Source: Nannocystales bacterium (GTDB lineage: Bacteria; Myxococcota_A; Polyangia; Nannocystales; Nannocystaceae). Taken from it: DNA of 64,000 nucleotides. Positions 19,375 through 29,045 of this stretch are shown here, piece after piece (position 1 is the stretch's first letter; each line of letters opens with the position of its first letter). Location of the stretch: assembly GCA_050633305.1 (NCBI GenBank), contig JBOEGF010000015.1:1-64000 (forward strand). The letters run 5' to 3'. Under the pieces are notes generated by a model. It was not told where the DNA came from, did no database searches, and saw only the letters and a program-made list of their open reading frames with translations. The position numbers were made by a program, and so were the translations under genes.

Positions 19375-19713
19375 TGCTTCTCGCGTCCCCTCGGCACTCC
19401 TGAAGTGAGGATCGCCCGACTTGGCGAGTGTTGTGACAGGTACGACGAGCCGGACTACGCCGAGTACCGGGAAAGCCTGGGAGCCGGCGATGCGCCCACG
19501 TGTGAGCTGCGCAGTGAATGCGTCAACGGCGAAGGGAGTGTAGACGACGGAGAAGGAGACACCGACGGCGGCTCCGACCCCGCCGGCGGAGACGACCCAA
19601 GCGCAGGGGCGACCGACCAAGACACCTCGAGCTGCTCGGTCGGGACCGGTTCACAGGGGTGGGGCTTGCTCGGGCTGTTCGCGCTCCTGCCCTTTGTTCG
19701 CCGTCGTCGCTCA
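19375..19713 (+). pseudogene. Orphan C-terminal fragment of a MYXO-CTERM protein
   Basis: Acidic linker + SCSVGTGSQGWGLLGLFALLPFVRRRRS; no signal peptide; in-frame TGA at 19372; no stop after the Arg tail. Confidence 0.5.
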
Positions 19714-19728
19714 CACGGCGTCACCAGG

Positions 19729-20790
19729 TCATCCGTCGTTGAGGATGATGACCGAGTCATGCATCCAGCCTGTCGATCCATCCTGGGTCTTCACCTTGAT
19801 CCACTCGCCCATCGTCTCGAGAACCTCGACCTTCGACTTGCGGGGGATGACCCGGATCCGCTGATTTCGCTTGCCCGGACCCGCCCGCAGGCTGGCCTTC
19901 TTGCCGCTCACCGTGGCCGTCTTGACCTTGGGTGGTTCGGGCTTGGCTTCCGGTTTGGGGGCAGGCTTCTCCTCGGCGGCCAGTGGAGCGCCCGTCATCG
20001 CTGACTTCTTCATGGGCTCGAGCAGCCGGGCCACCAGTCCATCGAAGGTTGCATCCAAGGTCGACTCCGATGCGACGTAGTCGGTGAACACGAAGTTCTC
20101 TTTCTCGAGGACGCAGTCCTTGTCGAGCTTCGCCACCCAGCTTTCCTCGAGTGCGTCGACGACATTCTGCCGTCCCGACCCCACCCACAGAACGTTGCCG
20201 CTGCGAGCATCGATGAGCTTCGCTTCGAATCGCACCTCGTAGTACGGCAGCTTGAATACGCACTGCTCGGTCTCCGAATGGTACAGGCGCTCCTTCTTGT
20301 CCGTCTTCACACGACTTGCATCGACGGGCAGTGTCTTGAGGTCTTCGACCGTGAAGTAGTCGACAGTGCCTCGGACGGCGATCTCTTGAACCAGGAAGAC
20401 AGCATCCGCCTTCGTCTCTTTTCCGAGGATCAGCGCCTTCTCTGCGGCGGACAGCTTGCCGCCTTTCATGCCCTTCTCCGCCCGGGCCACGATCTCCGGT
20501 GAGATGAGCTCAAACCCCTGAGCCAACAACGCCTTCTCCAGTTTTGCGGAGTAGTACGGTGTCTGCTTCTCGGCGAGCACTGCGACGTCGGTGTCCTTCA
20601 CATCCAACGTGCTCTCAATCGGCAGCAGCAGCAGTTTTTTGTAGACCGTGGCCTCGAGAAGCTCCGCCGGCAGGAGCTCCGCCGCTTGGGGTGTCGACGG
20701 CTTGACGGTGAGCGTGCTCGTCTTTGCACAGCCGACCGCGGTCATGCTGGCAAGGAGGAACAGGCCGGCGAAGAAACCCCGTTGCGACAT
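19729..20790 (-). CDS. Lipoprotein with CsgG/LpoB-like domain and C-terminal bacterial SH3 domain
   Basis: Lipobox AVG-C; ADAVF...AKLIDARSGNVLWVG; ASLRAGPG...GEWIKV...GWMH. Confidence 0.8.
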   Translation of the reverse strand: MSQRGFFAGLFLLASMTAVGCAKTSTLTVKPSTPQAAELLPAELLEATVYKKLLLLPIESTLDVKDTDVAVLAEKQTPYYSAKLEKALLAQGFELISPEIVARAEKGMKGGKLSAAEKALILGKETKADAVFLVQEIAVRGTVDYFTVEDLKTLPVDASRVKTDKKERLYHSETEQCVFKLPYYEVRFEAKLIDARSGNVLWVGSGRQNVVDALEESWVAKLDKDCVLEKENFVFTDYVASESTLDATFDGLVARLLEPMKKSAMTGAPLAAEEKPAPKPEAKPEPPKVKTATVSGKKASLRAGPGKRNQRIRVIPRKSKVEVLETMGEWIKVKTQDGSTGWMHDSVIILNDG

Positions 20791-20892
20791 CGCGAAGTTC
20801 ACTCCACGAGTCTACACCCACGCGTTCGAGCTACCGGACCCCGAGGGCAGTGGGGGCGCGGAGCCTCGGACGTCAGCCGGCTTGCAACCCGT

Positions 20893-22413
20893 TCAGTCGA
20901 AGCGGCGAAACACCGGTTTGTCCGGATCGGGCTTCGCTTCCGGCTGAGACTTCCGGCGGCGTTTCCCGGCAGACTTGCGTTTGGTGGGGGCCGGTGCCGG
21001 GGCGGGTTTGTCCGCCCTCGGTGCGGCCGGCTCGGGCACACGGGTGAGCGCCACGAGCAGCCGCGTGTCCTCGGTTGGGGAGAGGGACTGTGTGGCTGCG
21101 AGGTGACCGTCGAGCTCGAGTCGAAGCTCGACGGCCTCACCTTGCCGAGGAAGCGGAACGGACAATGGCGTGGCCCCGAGCTCGCGCCCATCCACCCGAA
21201 CACTCGCCCCGGCCGGACGACTGTCGATGAAGACATCCACGGTTCCCGGGTCGGCGATCACCGCAGGCGCGGGCACGTCGGGTTCGGGTGCTGGCGGCCG
21301 AGCCCACCACCATCCACCAGTCACCGCGGCCGCCGTCGCGGCGGCAGCCACCAATCCCCACCTCGTCGACTTCTGCGGCTCGGGGACTTCGATGACCGTG
21401 GGTTGCTGAGGCTCGCTGCCAAGCTGCGTGGCCTCGGAGGTCGCCGACTCCCGGACCGAGGCCCGAGTTTGGTCGAGTTCCTCGCCGAAGTTCGCCTCTA
21501 CATAAGAGGCCAGGTCGACCGCCCCTTCGAGCGCCAGCTCTTCTTCGATGCGCGAAGCGACCTCGGCCGCGGTTGACGGGCGCTGGGCAGGATCCTTCGC
21601 GAGCAACTCGAAGACCAGCTCCACGACCGCCGGCGAGACCTCCGGGCGCATGTCGCCGATGTCTGGAGGCGCCTCGTTGAGCACCCGGCGCGCCACGGCG
21701 GCGGCGTCCTTGCCCGGGAACATTCGCTTTGCCGTGAGCAGCTCGAAGAGCACCACCCCCAACGCGAACAGATCACAGCGACGATCGATCGGCTCGAACC
21801 TCAGCTGCTCCGGGGACATGTAGCCGACCTTGCCCTTGAGCAACCCCGTGCTGGTATGCGTGGAGCGCCCCAGCGCCTTTGCCACGCCAAAGTCCGTGAC
21901 CCGCACCACGCCGTCCCGCGCGATCAAGATGTTCTGCGGGGACACGTCGCGATGAACGAGCTGCAGCGCGTGGCCATCGGTGTCTTCAAGCTCGTGTGCG
22001 GCGTGCAGGCCCCGGGCCGTTTGAGCCGCGATGTGCAAGCACAGCGGAACCGGGACCCGGTCGCCTTGTTTGGCGTGATGGCGAATGAAGCGCGACACCG
22101 AGACGCCCTCGACATAGTCCATGACCAAGAACGGGCCGGCGTCGTCTTCTCCGACATCCAACACGGGAACCACGTTCGAGTGCCGAAGCAGTCCCGACAT
22201 CCTCGCCTCGTCGAGGAACATCGAACGCATTGCAGGATCGCCCTGCAGGTGGGGGTGCAGCCGCTTGATCGCGTACAGCCGCTCGAACGCCCCAGCGCGG
22301 CGGACGCAAACCGAGACCGTGCCCATGCCGCCCGACGCCAACTCCAGGACCGGCACGTAGCTCGTCGGCTCGGGTGAGCCGTGCCCGTGCGTTTCGGTCG
22401 TCGGAAACTCCAC
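20893..22413 (-). CDS. Ser/Thr protein kinase with TM helix and PEGA domain
   Basis: ASGGMG, AIKRL, HRDVSPQNIL, DFG, GKVGYMSPEQ; PEGA IDSRPAGASVRVDGRELGATP. Confidence 0.92.
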   Translation of the reverse strand: MEFPTTETHGHGSPEPTSYVPVLELASGGMGTVSVCVRRAGAFERLYAIKRLHPHLQGDPAMRSMFLDEARMSGLLRHSNVVPVLDVGEDDAGPFLVMDYVEGVSVSRFIRHHAKQGDRVPVPLCLHIAAQTARGLHAAHELEDTDGHALQLVHRDVSPQNILIARDGVVRVTDFGVAKALGRSTHTSTGLLKGKVGYMSPEQLRFEPIDRRCDLFALGVVLFELLTAKRMFPGKDAAAVARRVLNEAPPDIGDMRPEVSPAVVELVFELLAKDPAQRPSTAAEVASRIEEELALEGAVDLASYVEANFGEELDQTRASVRESATSEATQLGSEPQQPTVIEVPEPQKSTRWGLVAAAATAAAVTGGWWWARPPAPEPDVPAPAVIADPGTVDVFIDSRPAGASVRVDGRELGATPLSVPLPRQGEAVELRLELDGHLAATQSLSPTEDTRLLVALTRVPEPAAPRADKPAPAPAPTKRKSAGKRRRKSQPEAKPDPDKPVFRRFD

Positions 22414-22473
22414 CCGGGACAAGCATGCCAGACCTGCTTGCCCGCAACCGCAACCGCATGATGTCATCGGCCG

Positions 22474-23799
22474 ATGACGCAGGCTTCACGTCCGCCGATC
22501 GCGGCGTTCTTGGGCCTGCAAGGCATCCCGCTCAATTCGGGCTCGAGCCACGGCCTGGATGCGGCTTGGACGGCTCTGGCGAAGGGAATGCCGCTCGAAG
22601 ACGGGGTCGTCGCGGATCTCGAGCACCAGGCTCGACAAGACGCGCGCGCCGACAGCGTGGTCGAGGCGGCGTGCTTGCGGGCGCTCGGTTTAGCGCATCT
22701 GGGTGACATGACAGCGGCGCTTGCCGAGGGACGGCGCGCATTTCGGATGGGGCGCACCGAGAAGCTCCGAGAGTGCGAAGTCCTCGCAGGCGTCGTGCTG
22801 GCTCGGCTCCGACGGCTCACCGGACGAGCCCATCTCGCCGCCCGCATCGCTGTCGCGCTGCGCGACGTGGCACCCACGCAGTGGCACCCGTGGGTCGAGT
22901 GGGAGCTGATGTTGGCGAGTGGCGCAGAGGTGGAGACCCCCGGACCAGCGCTGGAACTCCGCGGCCTGCTCGATGCGGCGAAGACGGGGAACCCGAAGGA
23001 CTTCGCCGCCAAGCTGGGCACACTCACCCAACGGCTCTCGGGGTTGGCCCCGATGCTGGAGGATCTCGCGCGGGTCCAGACCGCTCTCGACCCTCACGCC
23101 GACCCCGCTGCTGCGGGGCCGGACCTCGAAGCGTGGGTGCGAGGACACCTCAGCTACGGACCGCCCCCTTGGGGCCTCGCCGCGCTGTCGCACGTCGACG
23201 CTGACGCTGCGGAGCCGGAGTCGGAGTCGGTCGCATTGGTCGTCGCGGCCCCTGGAGCACCCGGCCGCCGTCTACTCAGCGCGGCCAAAGGTCTGGCCGC
23301 CAGCGTCGCCGACACGGCCACCCTGCCCGAGGAGGGTCCCGGTGGTCGAAGCGATGCGCTGGCCAGCACACTGGCGCTCCTGGGTCCCGAAGGAGCCGAC
23401 GACGAGCTGGTCTTCAGCGTCGTCTACGGGTTCTCGTACGTTCCCTCGCTCCACCGAGGCACGTTCGACGTCGCCTTGCATCGAGCCCGAGCGTTGCTCG
23501 CCTCCCATGGGGAGATCCGGCGAGAGGACGGCCGGATCTCCCTCGAACTCGGGCAGGCGGTCGTGCTCGCGGATCCCCGTTCCGCTCCGGCCACAGATGC
23601 CCGCGTCTTGGGACACCTCGCGCGGTCGGGCCAGCTCAGCGCCCGCGAGCTCTCGCGCCACCTGGGCGTATCGCTGCGGACAACCCAGGATGCCTTGCGC
23701 GGGTTGGTGGAGGACGGCGCGTGCCAGCAACGCCGCGCGGGCCGTTCCGTGCTCTACGACCTGGAAGACACCACGTTTCAGCCGCCCACCGAGATCTGA
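22474..23799 (+). CDS. Putative transcriptional regulator: helical repeats + OmpR-like wHTH + second HTH
   Basis: TFDVALHRARALL (OmpR-like recognition helix); LSARELSRHLGVSLRTTQDALRGLVEDG...GRSVLY (wHTH). Confidence 0.7.
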   Translation: MTQASRPPIAAFLGLQGIPLNSGSSHGLDAAWTALAKGMPLEDGVVADLEHQARQDARADSVVEAACLRALGLAHLGDMTAALAEGRRAFRMGRTEKLRECEVLAGVVLARLRRLTGRAHLAARIAVALRDVAPTQWHPWVEWELMLASGAEVETPGPALELRGLLDAAKTGNPKDFAAKLGTLTQRLSGLAPMLEDLARVQTALDPHADPAAAGPDLEAWVRGHLSYGPPPWGLAALSHVDADAAEPESESVALVVAAPGAPGRRLLSAAKGLAASVADTATLPEEGPGGRSDALASTLALLGPEGADDELVFSVVYGFSYVPSLHRGTFDVALHRARALLASHGEIRREDGRISLELGQAVVLADPRSAPATDARVLGHLARSGQLSARELSRHLGVSLRTTQDALRGLVEDGACQQRRAGRSVLYDLEDTTFQPPTEI

Positions 23800-23803
23800 C
23801 GGC

Positions 23804-24556
23804 TTAGAACGACACGCGCAGGCCAGTCATGCTCATCGCGACCCCGCCTCGACGCTGTCGTCGTGTGGCGATGATACCCCACGTCACCCCGGCCACGACC
23901 AGAGCACCGCCAACGATCAGCGCGCCCGTGGAGATCCGGCCGAAGTTCCTCGCTTCGTCTTGGGCGTCGACTGCTCGGACCTGATTCGTCTCCATGTCTT
24001 CTGCCTCCGACACTCGCGCTCGCGACAGCCCGCCGAGAACCCCGCCCGCGATCAGAGCCGCCCCACCGACCCCGGCCACGATCCATGGGGCGATGATCGG
24101 CCGTGGAGCCTCGGGCGGAGGGGTTTCTTCGGGGGGTTCTTCCTCGACCGGGACAGCCGCCGGTCTCGGTTCGAGCTCGGCCGGGATTCGTGCCTCGAGT
24201 CGATCGAGCCGTGCCTCAACCGATGCTCTGTCCGGTGCGTCGGGCGCGGCCTCGAGGTACTGACGGTAGGCCTCCATCGCCGGTTCAACCAGGCCAGCAC
24301 TCTCGTAGGCCCTTCCCAGGTTGAACCGGAGAATGGGCTCGGGGTAGCCGTCGACCAGCGCTTCGAGGATCTCGATCGCCTCTTCGTAGCGCCCCTCGCG
24401 ATAGAGCGTCTCGGCTTGGTTGAACAGCGCGGCTGGGTCTTCGGCGGTCTCCGTTGGCGCAGAGGCAGCTGCGGGGCGAGGCGAGGCTGCGACGGAGAAG
24501 GCCACCATCGCGATGGCAACAGCCCTTCGCGGTCCCTGGAACCGTTCGCGCGGCAC
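23804..24556 (-). CDS. Secreted TPR protein with C-terminal membrane hairpin (myxobacterial TPR/PEGA-type)
   Basis: 3' end of track ORF 23804..27409; signal peptide; GRYEEAIE...FNLGRAYE TPRs; hydrophobic C-terminus ending GLRVSF; start uncertain. Confidence 0.78.
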   Translation of the reverse strand: MPRERFQGPRRAVAIAMVAFSVAASPRPAAASAPTETAEDPAALFNQAETLYREGRYEEAIEILEALVDGYPEPILRFNLGRAYESAGLVEPAMEAYRQYLEAAPDAPDRASVEARLDRLEARIPAELEPRPAAVPVEEEPPEETPPPEAPRPIIAPWIVAGVGGAALIAGGVLGGLSRARVSEAEDMETNQVRAVDAQDEARNFGRISTGALIVGGALVVAGVTWGIIATRRQRRGGVAMSMTGLRVSF

Positions 24557-24652
24557 TTGCTTGAGGTTACTCGATTTACGCTCCTCGCGTGCCGTGCTGT
24601 CCCGCGCAGCCGCGGTAAGCTGGGCCCGCGCAGACCCCGATACGCTCGTGGC

Positions 24653-25930
24653 ATGAAGCATCGCCGCTCTCGCACTTCGTGGATTCTGGGCGTCGCGCTC
24701 CTGGGCCTGGCCCTGGGTTCCCCCGATGCTGCCGCGTCCCCATGCGATGAGCCCGGGTCGGGCTGGTTGATGTGCGAGGACTTCGAGGGCGGTGGCGCGG
24801 GATGGGCGGACTGGTACTCGCAGTCGGAGTGGACCGAGTGCGACGGATGCCCCGATGGCATCAACGATCCCAACCGCATCCGCTTGGAGGACGACCCGGC
24901 GCTCGCGCATGACGGGTCTTTTTCGGTGACGATGCCCGGGTCCGGCGACAGCTTCCGAGGTGGCACGCTGCGCTTTGCGACCTGTGCCGACGGAGAGCAG
25001 AACGCCGGATGCACGCTCGAGGGCCACGATCGGCTGTACCTGCAAACGTGGGTGCGACTGGACCAGGACCACAACTACGTACACCACTTCCTCGGGCTGG
25101 GCGGTTCCCGACCCGACGCCTACTGGGACGCCAACGGCAACGCGGGGTGCCGACCCAACGGGGAACGCTGGGCGGGCACGCGCGTCGACCTCAACCCCGA
25201 CCACGAGCTGTTCTTCTACACCTACTACCCGGGCATGAACTGCGACGCGGGTGGCTACTGCAGTGGCGACTACGCGCAAGGCATCTGCGATGGCTGTGCG
25301 GATCGAGACATGCCCTGCACCAACGGCCTGGAGTGCTGTTGGGGGAACCACTTCTCGCCCGAGACTCCGGTCGTCCTTCAGACCGAGACGTGGACCTGCT
25401 TGGAGATGATGATGGAGCTCAACACACCCGGGCAGGAGGACGGCTCCATGGCGTTTTGGGTCGATGACGTGTTGGGACACGAAGCAGACGGGTTGGCGTG
25501 GCGCGACGTCCCTGAACTGCAGCTCAACCGCGCGATGCTCGAGCACTACATTGCGGCGGGCGACACGGACCACGCCAACCAGGTCTGGTTTGACGACGTC
25601 GTGGTCAGCACCGAGCGCATCGGCTGTAGCGTCACACCCGGTGGTGGCGACACCAGTGGGGGCTCCTCGACCAGCGGCGGCGGTGAGGATGACTCCGGCG
25701 GGGACGACGGACCCACGCCTACGACGGGTGCACCCAGTGGTGGCGATGGCCCAGCACCCTCGGGGGATACCGGCGGTGGAGACGAAGGTCCTTCGGGGTC
25801 GAGTGGGCAGTCCATGCCGCCCGACGCTGCAGGCGACGACTCGGCGAGCGGTTGTCAGATCCCGCGCGGAGGCCCATCCCCGTGGATGCTGGGGATGTTT
25901 GTCCTCGGCCTGTGGCGTCGTCGGCGATGA
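24653..25930 (+). CDS. MYXO-CTERM surface protein with polysaccharide-lyase-like (PL14/Cip1-like) jelly-roll domain
   Basis: Signal peptide; CEDFE; WTCLEMMMELNTPG..DGSMAFWVD; WFDDVVVSTERIGC; ends GCQIPRGGPSPWMLGMFVLGLWRRRR. Confidence 0.8.
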   Translation: MKHRRSRTSWILGVALLGLALGSPDAAASPCDEPGSGWLMCEDFEGGGAGWADWYSQSEWTECDGCPDGINDPNRIRLEDDPALAHDGSFSVTMPGSGDSFRGGTLRFATCADGEQNAGCTLEGHDRLYLQTWVRLDQDHNYVHHFLGLGGSRPDAYWDANGNAGCRPNGERWAGTRVDLNPDHELFFYTYYPGMNCDAGGYCSGDYAQGICDGCADRDMPCTNGLECCWGNHFSPETPVVLQTETWTCLEMMMELNTPGQEDGSMAFWVDDVLGHEADGLAWRDVPELQLNRAMLEHYIAAGDTDHANQVWFDDVVVSTERIGCSVTPGGGDTSGGSSTSGGGEDDSGGDDGPTPTTGAPSGGDGPAPSGDTGGGDEGPSGSSGQSMPPDAAGDDSASGCQIPRGGPSPWMLGMFVLGLWRRRR

Positions 25931-25936
25931 GCGGAC

Positions 25937-27100
25937 GTGTATGATGGCAGCACCGTGAGTCGCGTTGGCAACACCGGGCGAGCGTTGTTGGGGCTGGCGT
26001 TTGCCACCGGTTGTCCTGTGCCCGAACTCGACCTCGAAGGTCGGCCGTGCCCATGCCTCGGTGGCTGGCAGTGCGACGCGGAAACCCAAACCTGTATTCG
26101 CGAAGCGAGCGAGGCGTCGGGCGTTGCGGAGAGTACGAGCTCGCCCGGGACCGGCACCACAGCCTCGACGACTGGGACCACCCAGGTGGGCGCAGAGTCC
26201 TCCACCGGCACCCCGCCGCAGAGTGCATTCGAAGTCGTGTCCTTCTCCGCGGACTGGTCCACCCCGCAGTCCATGCACTGGACCTGGGAGCTCGAAGGGG
26301 ACGAGGAAGACTTCCGCGCCTACGAGCTTTGGATCGCGACGTCGGCTGAGGCGCTCGAGGCCGGAGACGCCATCGTCTTTGACCGTGACCTGAATCCCGA
26401 GTTGGGCCGCTACTCGCTCGCAAACACCGACGGCGTCGACCTCGTCGTGGGCACGATCAGCGATGGTCTCCAGGCCGGCACCGAATACTACGGTCAGCTC
26501 CACGTACTCGACACCGCAGGCGGCCGCTCGGTGAGTTCCAACGTTGCCGTGCGGTCCACCACCGCAGAGCCAACTTCGAGCCTGTCCCTCTTCGCCGACG
26601 ATACTCCATTCCCACCCGGGTTCCCCCTGCCCGAGTGCCTTGGCCGGACCGATATGGCGCCTTCCGAAGGCACGCATCACTTCGAGCTTTTGATGGAGTG
26701 TCTGCCCGACGGTATGCCCGCTTGCGAGCCCGTCGCGGAGCCCGGGCCGGAGTGCTTCGAAAACCTCCGGCTCCAAGACCTCGGGCTCGGCCCTGTGGAC
26801 ATCGGCGGCGGCGACTTTGCCGAAGCCTTCTTGGAGCTCGACATCGCCATCGTGCCCCCCGATGACAGCCCCGCACACGGTTGGTGGAGCGACCTCAGCC
26901 TCCAAGGATCCGAGGGATGGCCGGGACTGCGCGGCGTCACGCTCCGGGCAGACGGAGAGTACCGCCGCTACCAAATTCCACTGACGCAGATCTGGGCGAC
27001 ACACGAGGAGTTTGACGGCGTGATCCAGGGCGTGCGCGTGGGGTCGCAGTGGCGACGCGGCGCGGTCATCCGAATCGACCAGATCAGCGTACGCTGGTAG
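25937..27100 (+). CDS. Lipoprotein with Cys-rich N-terminal motif, FN3-like and carbohydrate-binding-like domains
   Basis: ATG-C lipobox; LDLEGRPCPCLGGWQC; GLQAGTEYYGQL..D.AG FN3 signature; YRRYQIPL...IRIDQI. Confidence 0.72.
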   Translation: MYDGSTVSRVGNTGRALLGLAFATGCPVPELDLEGRPCPCLGGWQCDAETQTCIREASEASGVAESTSSPGTGTTASTTGTTQVGAESSTGTPPQSAFEVVSFSADWSTPQSMHWTWELEGDEEDFRAYELWIATSAEALEAGDAIVFDRDLNPELGRYSLANTDGVDLVVGTISDGLQAGTEYYGQLHVLDTAGGRSVSSNVAVRSTTAEPTSSLSLFADDTPFPPGFPLPECLGRTDMAPSEGTHHFELLMECLPDGMPACEPVAEPGPECFENLRLQDLGLGPVDIGGGDFAEAFLELDIAIVPPDDSPAHGWWSDLSLQGSEGWPGLRGVTLRADGEYRRYQIPLTQIWATHEEFDGVIQGVRVGSQWRRGAVIRIDQISVRW

Positions 27101-27155
27101 ACCCGCGCGGCCGCGGTAAGGGCCCTCGGGCGCCTGCACCCGTACCGTAAGCGCG

Positions 27156-29015
27156 ATGATGCGACCAAAGCGATGTTGGGCAACGCTACCGCTGTTGATG
27201 GCGACGCTCGGCGCCGGTTGTGGCGGTGATCGGGCCGCCACAGATGAAGCCGATGGCGTGACCGAAGGTGGAACAACGGCCGAATCGGGGTCGCCCACCG
27301 CAAGCACATCGGCCGAGTCCGACGATTCAACGTCGCTCGGCGGAACCGACACCGCCGACGCTGAAAGCTCGGGCGGCTCGGACACCGAAACCGATACGGG
27401 TGCCGACACGCTAGAGCCTTTCCACCTGGACGACGGTCACTTCGTCCCTCGCAAGATCGACCCGGTGCTGATCTTCCCGCGGCCGGACGGCGAAACGCCA
27501 CCCTGGGCAAAGCATCGGCGTCACCATCCCGGCGTCGACTACCGAATTCCCATTGGCATCGGCTTCGGTAGCTGGCCGTTCTACTTCGAGGCCGTCTCGC
27601 TACCCGCAGGCTGCGACGTCGGTGCTTTCTTGGACGAAGAAGGTGATGGGCGTTGGGAGGTCGGGTCCGACTACGGCGTGGTGACATGCGCCGCTCCCAA
27701 AGAGGGGACCTACGACATGCACGTGCGCGTGCACTTCCAGGACGACCACGATCCGCTCGAAGTTGAATGGACCCTGGAGGTCACGACCGAGGGCACGATC
27801 GTCATCGACCCCAACACCGGGGACGACGCGACCGGCGACGGCAGCCTTGCCAGCCCCTTCCGCACTGCGAATGCTTGGTGGCGGGACGACCTCAGCGACA
27901 CAACCTACCGCGGCTACCAGGTGCTGTACCGAGGGGGCATGCACAACGTCGCCGTCGACAACACAGGAACTGGCGTATCCGAGGGCAACTGGCGTCTGGG
28001 GAGTGACGATAAGCCGCTCGTGCACTACGGCTATCCGGGCGAAGAAGTCGTATTCGACATGTCGAACACGACGATCAGCGCGACCCGGCAGGGAGCCTCG
28101 GGCGACTACCCGGCGGGTTCAGACATGTTTTTCGGAAACATCGTGTTCTCCGGCGGCCCTTCGAGCCGAGATAACCCCCGGTTGTTCTCGATGTTTGACG
28201 GCACCGCCGGGCCCCGCGAGTACGCCACGGGCTCCGGGGGTGCTCGTAGCACATGGTTCGACAACACCTTCCGCGACTTCGAGTGCACCACTACATCCAG
28301 CGACAACGCCGGAGTCTTGTGGGCACCCAACCCCGGAGGGGACGACTGGCGTCACTTCATGCTGGTCTCCCGCAACCGTTTCGAGCGAGTGAGCAGCGAA
28401 GTGTGCAACGTCAACTGGAACGGCTTCTACGTGGCCAAGCCGTACAACATCCTCGAAGAGCACACCGAAAGCGTCGATAGCCGTTTCGGGAAATCGAGCG
28501 TCACCCCCAAGTCATCGGGCATGTTCATGTGCTTCCGCAACGTCGATCACAGCCGCTCCCCGGGCATGCACTTTGAAGCGAACATTGCGGGCACCTACGA
28601 CCCCACATCCGGCGGGCCGTACGAGCTCTCTTACAGCCGGGTTCGCCCCGACAGCCCGGCCGTCCCTGGTGTGGCCGTGTTTCACAACTCCAACCAGGCC
28701 AGCTTCGACTCCGACCAGAGTCACGCCCCCATCTATCAGTTCCGCAACAGCCTCTCTCGGGCGCCGGTCGCCGACCGAGGCGTCTTGCGTATCGGAGGCG
28801 CCGGCGGTGGGTGGCCGGTCGAGCTCGACCGAGACTTGCTCGTCGGCGACGACGCGTTCTACCTGGACAATGAGCCCACCAACGCCGACGACGAAAACGC
28901 GTTCGTTCTGTTCGATGTCGCGTCGGACCCCTTCGACGAGTCGATGCGACTCCGTGACGACGCTGCAGAGCTCGGGCGGTATGGGGCTGATGTCGCCGGT
29001 TCGGTCTCCTGGTGA
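27156..29015 (+). CDS. Lipoprotein with Ig-like domain and probable right-handed beta-helix (pectate-lyase-like)
   Basis: GAG-C lipobox; DPNTGDDATGDGSLASPFRT motif; RGGMH; GYPGEEVVFD. Confidence 0.72.
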   Translation: MMRPKRCWATLPLLMATLGAGCGGDRAATDEADGVTEGGTTAESGSPTASTSAESDDSTSLGGTDTADAESSGGSDTETDTGADTLEPFHLDDGHFVPRKIDPVLIFPRPDGETPPWAKHRRHHPGVDYRIPIGIGFGSWPFYFEAVSLPAGCDVGAFLDEEGDGRWEVGSDYGVVTCAAPKEGTYDMHVRVHFQDDHDPLEVEWTLEVTTEGTIVIDPNTGDDATGDGSLASPFRTANAWWRDDLSDTTYRGYQVLYRGGMHNVAVDNTGTGVSEGNWRLGSDDKPLVHYGYPGEEVVFDMSNTTISATRQGASGDYPAGSDMFFGNIVFSGGPSSRDNPRLFSMFDGTAGPREYATGSGGARSTWFDNTFRDFECTTTSSDNAGVLWAPNPGGDDWRHFMLVSRNRFERVSSEVCNVNWNGFYVAKPYNILEEHTESVDSRFGKSSVTPKSSGMFMCFRNVDHSRSPGMHFEANIAGTYDPTSGGPYELSYSRVRPDSPAVPGVAVFHNSNQASFDSDQSHAPIYQFRNSLSRAPVADRGVLRIGGAGGGWPVELDRDLLVGDDAFYLDNEPTNADDENAFVLFDVASDPFDESMRLRDDAAELGRYGADVAGSVSW

Positions 29016-29045
29016 CCCACCGGTCCGCCGCGACCCGGACGCGGT

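Noticed and set aside
22919..24652. N-terminal extension of the 1003-aa ORF
   Set aside because: Arg/Pro-rich off-frame reading over two real genes; the signal peptide starts at 24653.
23804..27409. 1201-aa minus-strand ORF
   Set aside because: Only the last about 250 aa (TPR protein) look real; the rest is antisense to well-supported + strand genes, a high-GC shadow ORF.
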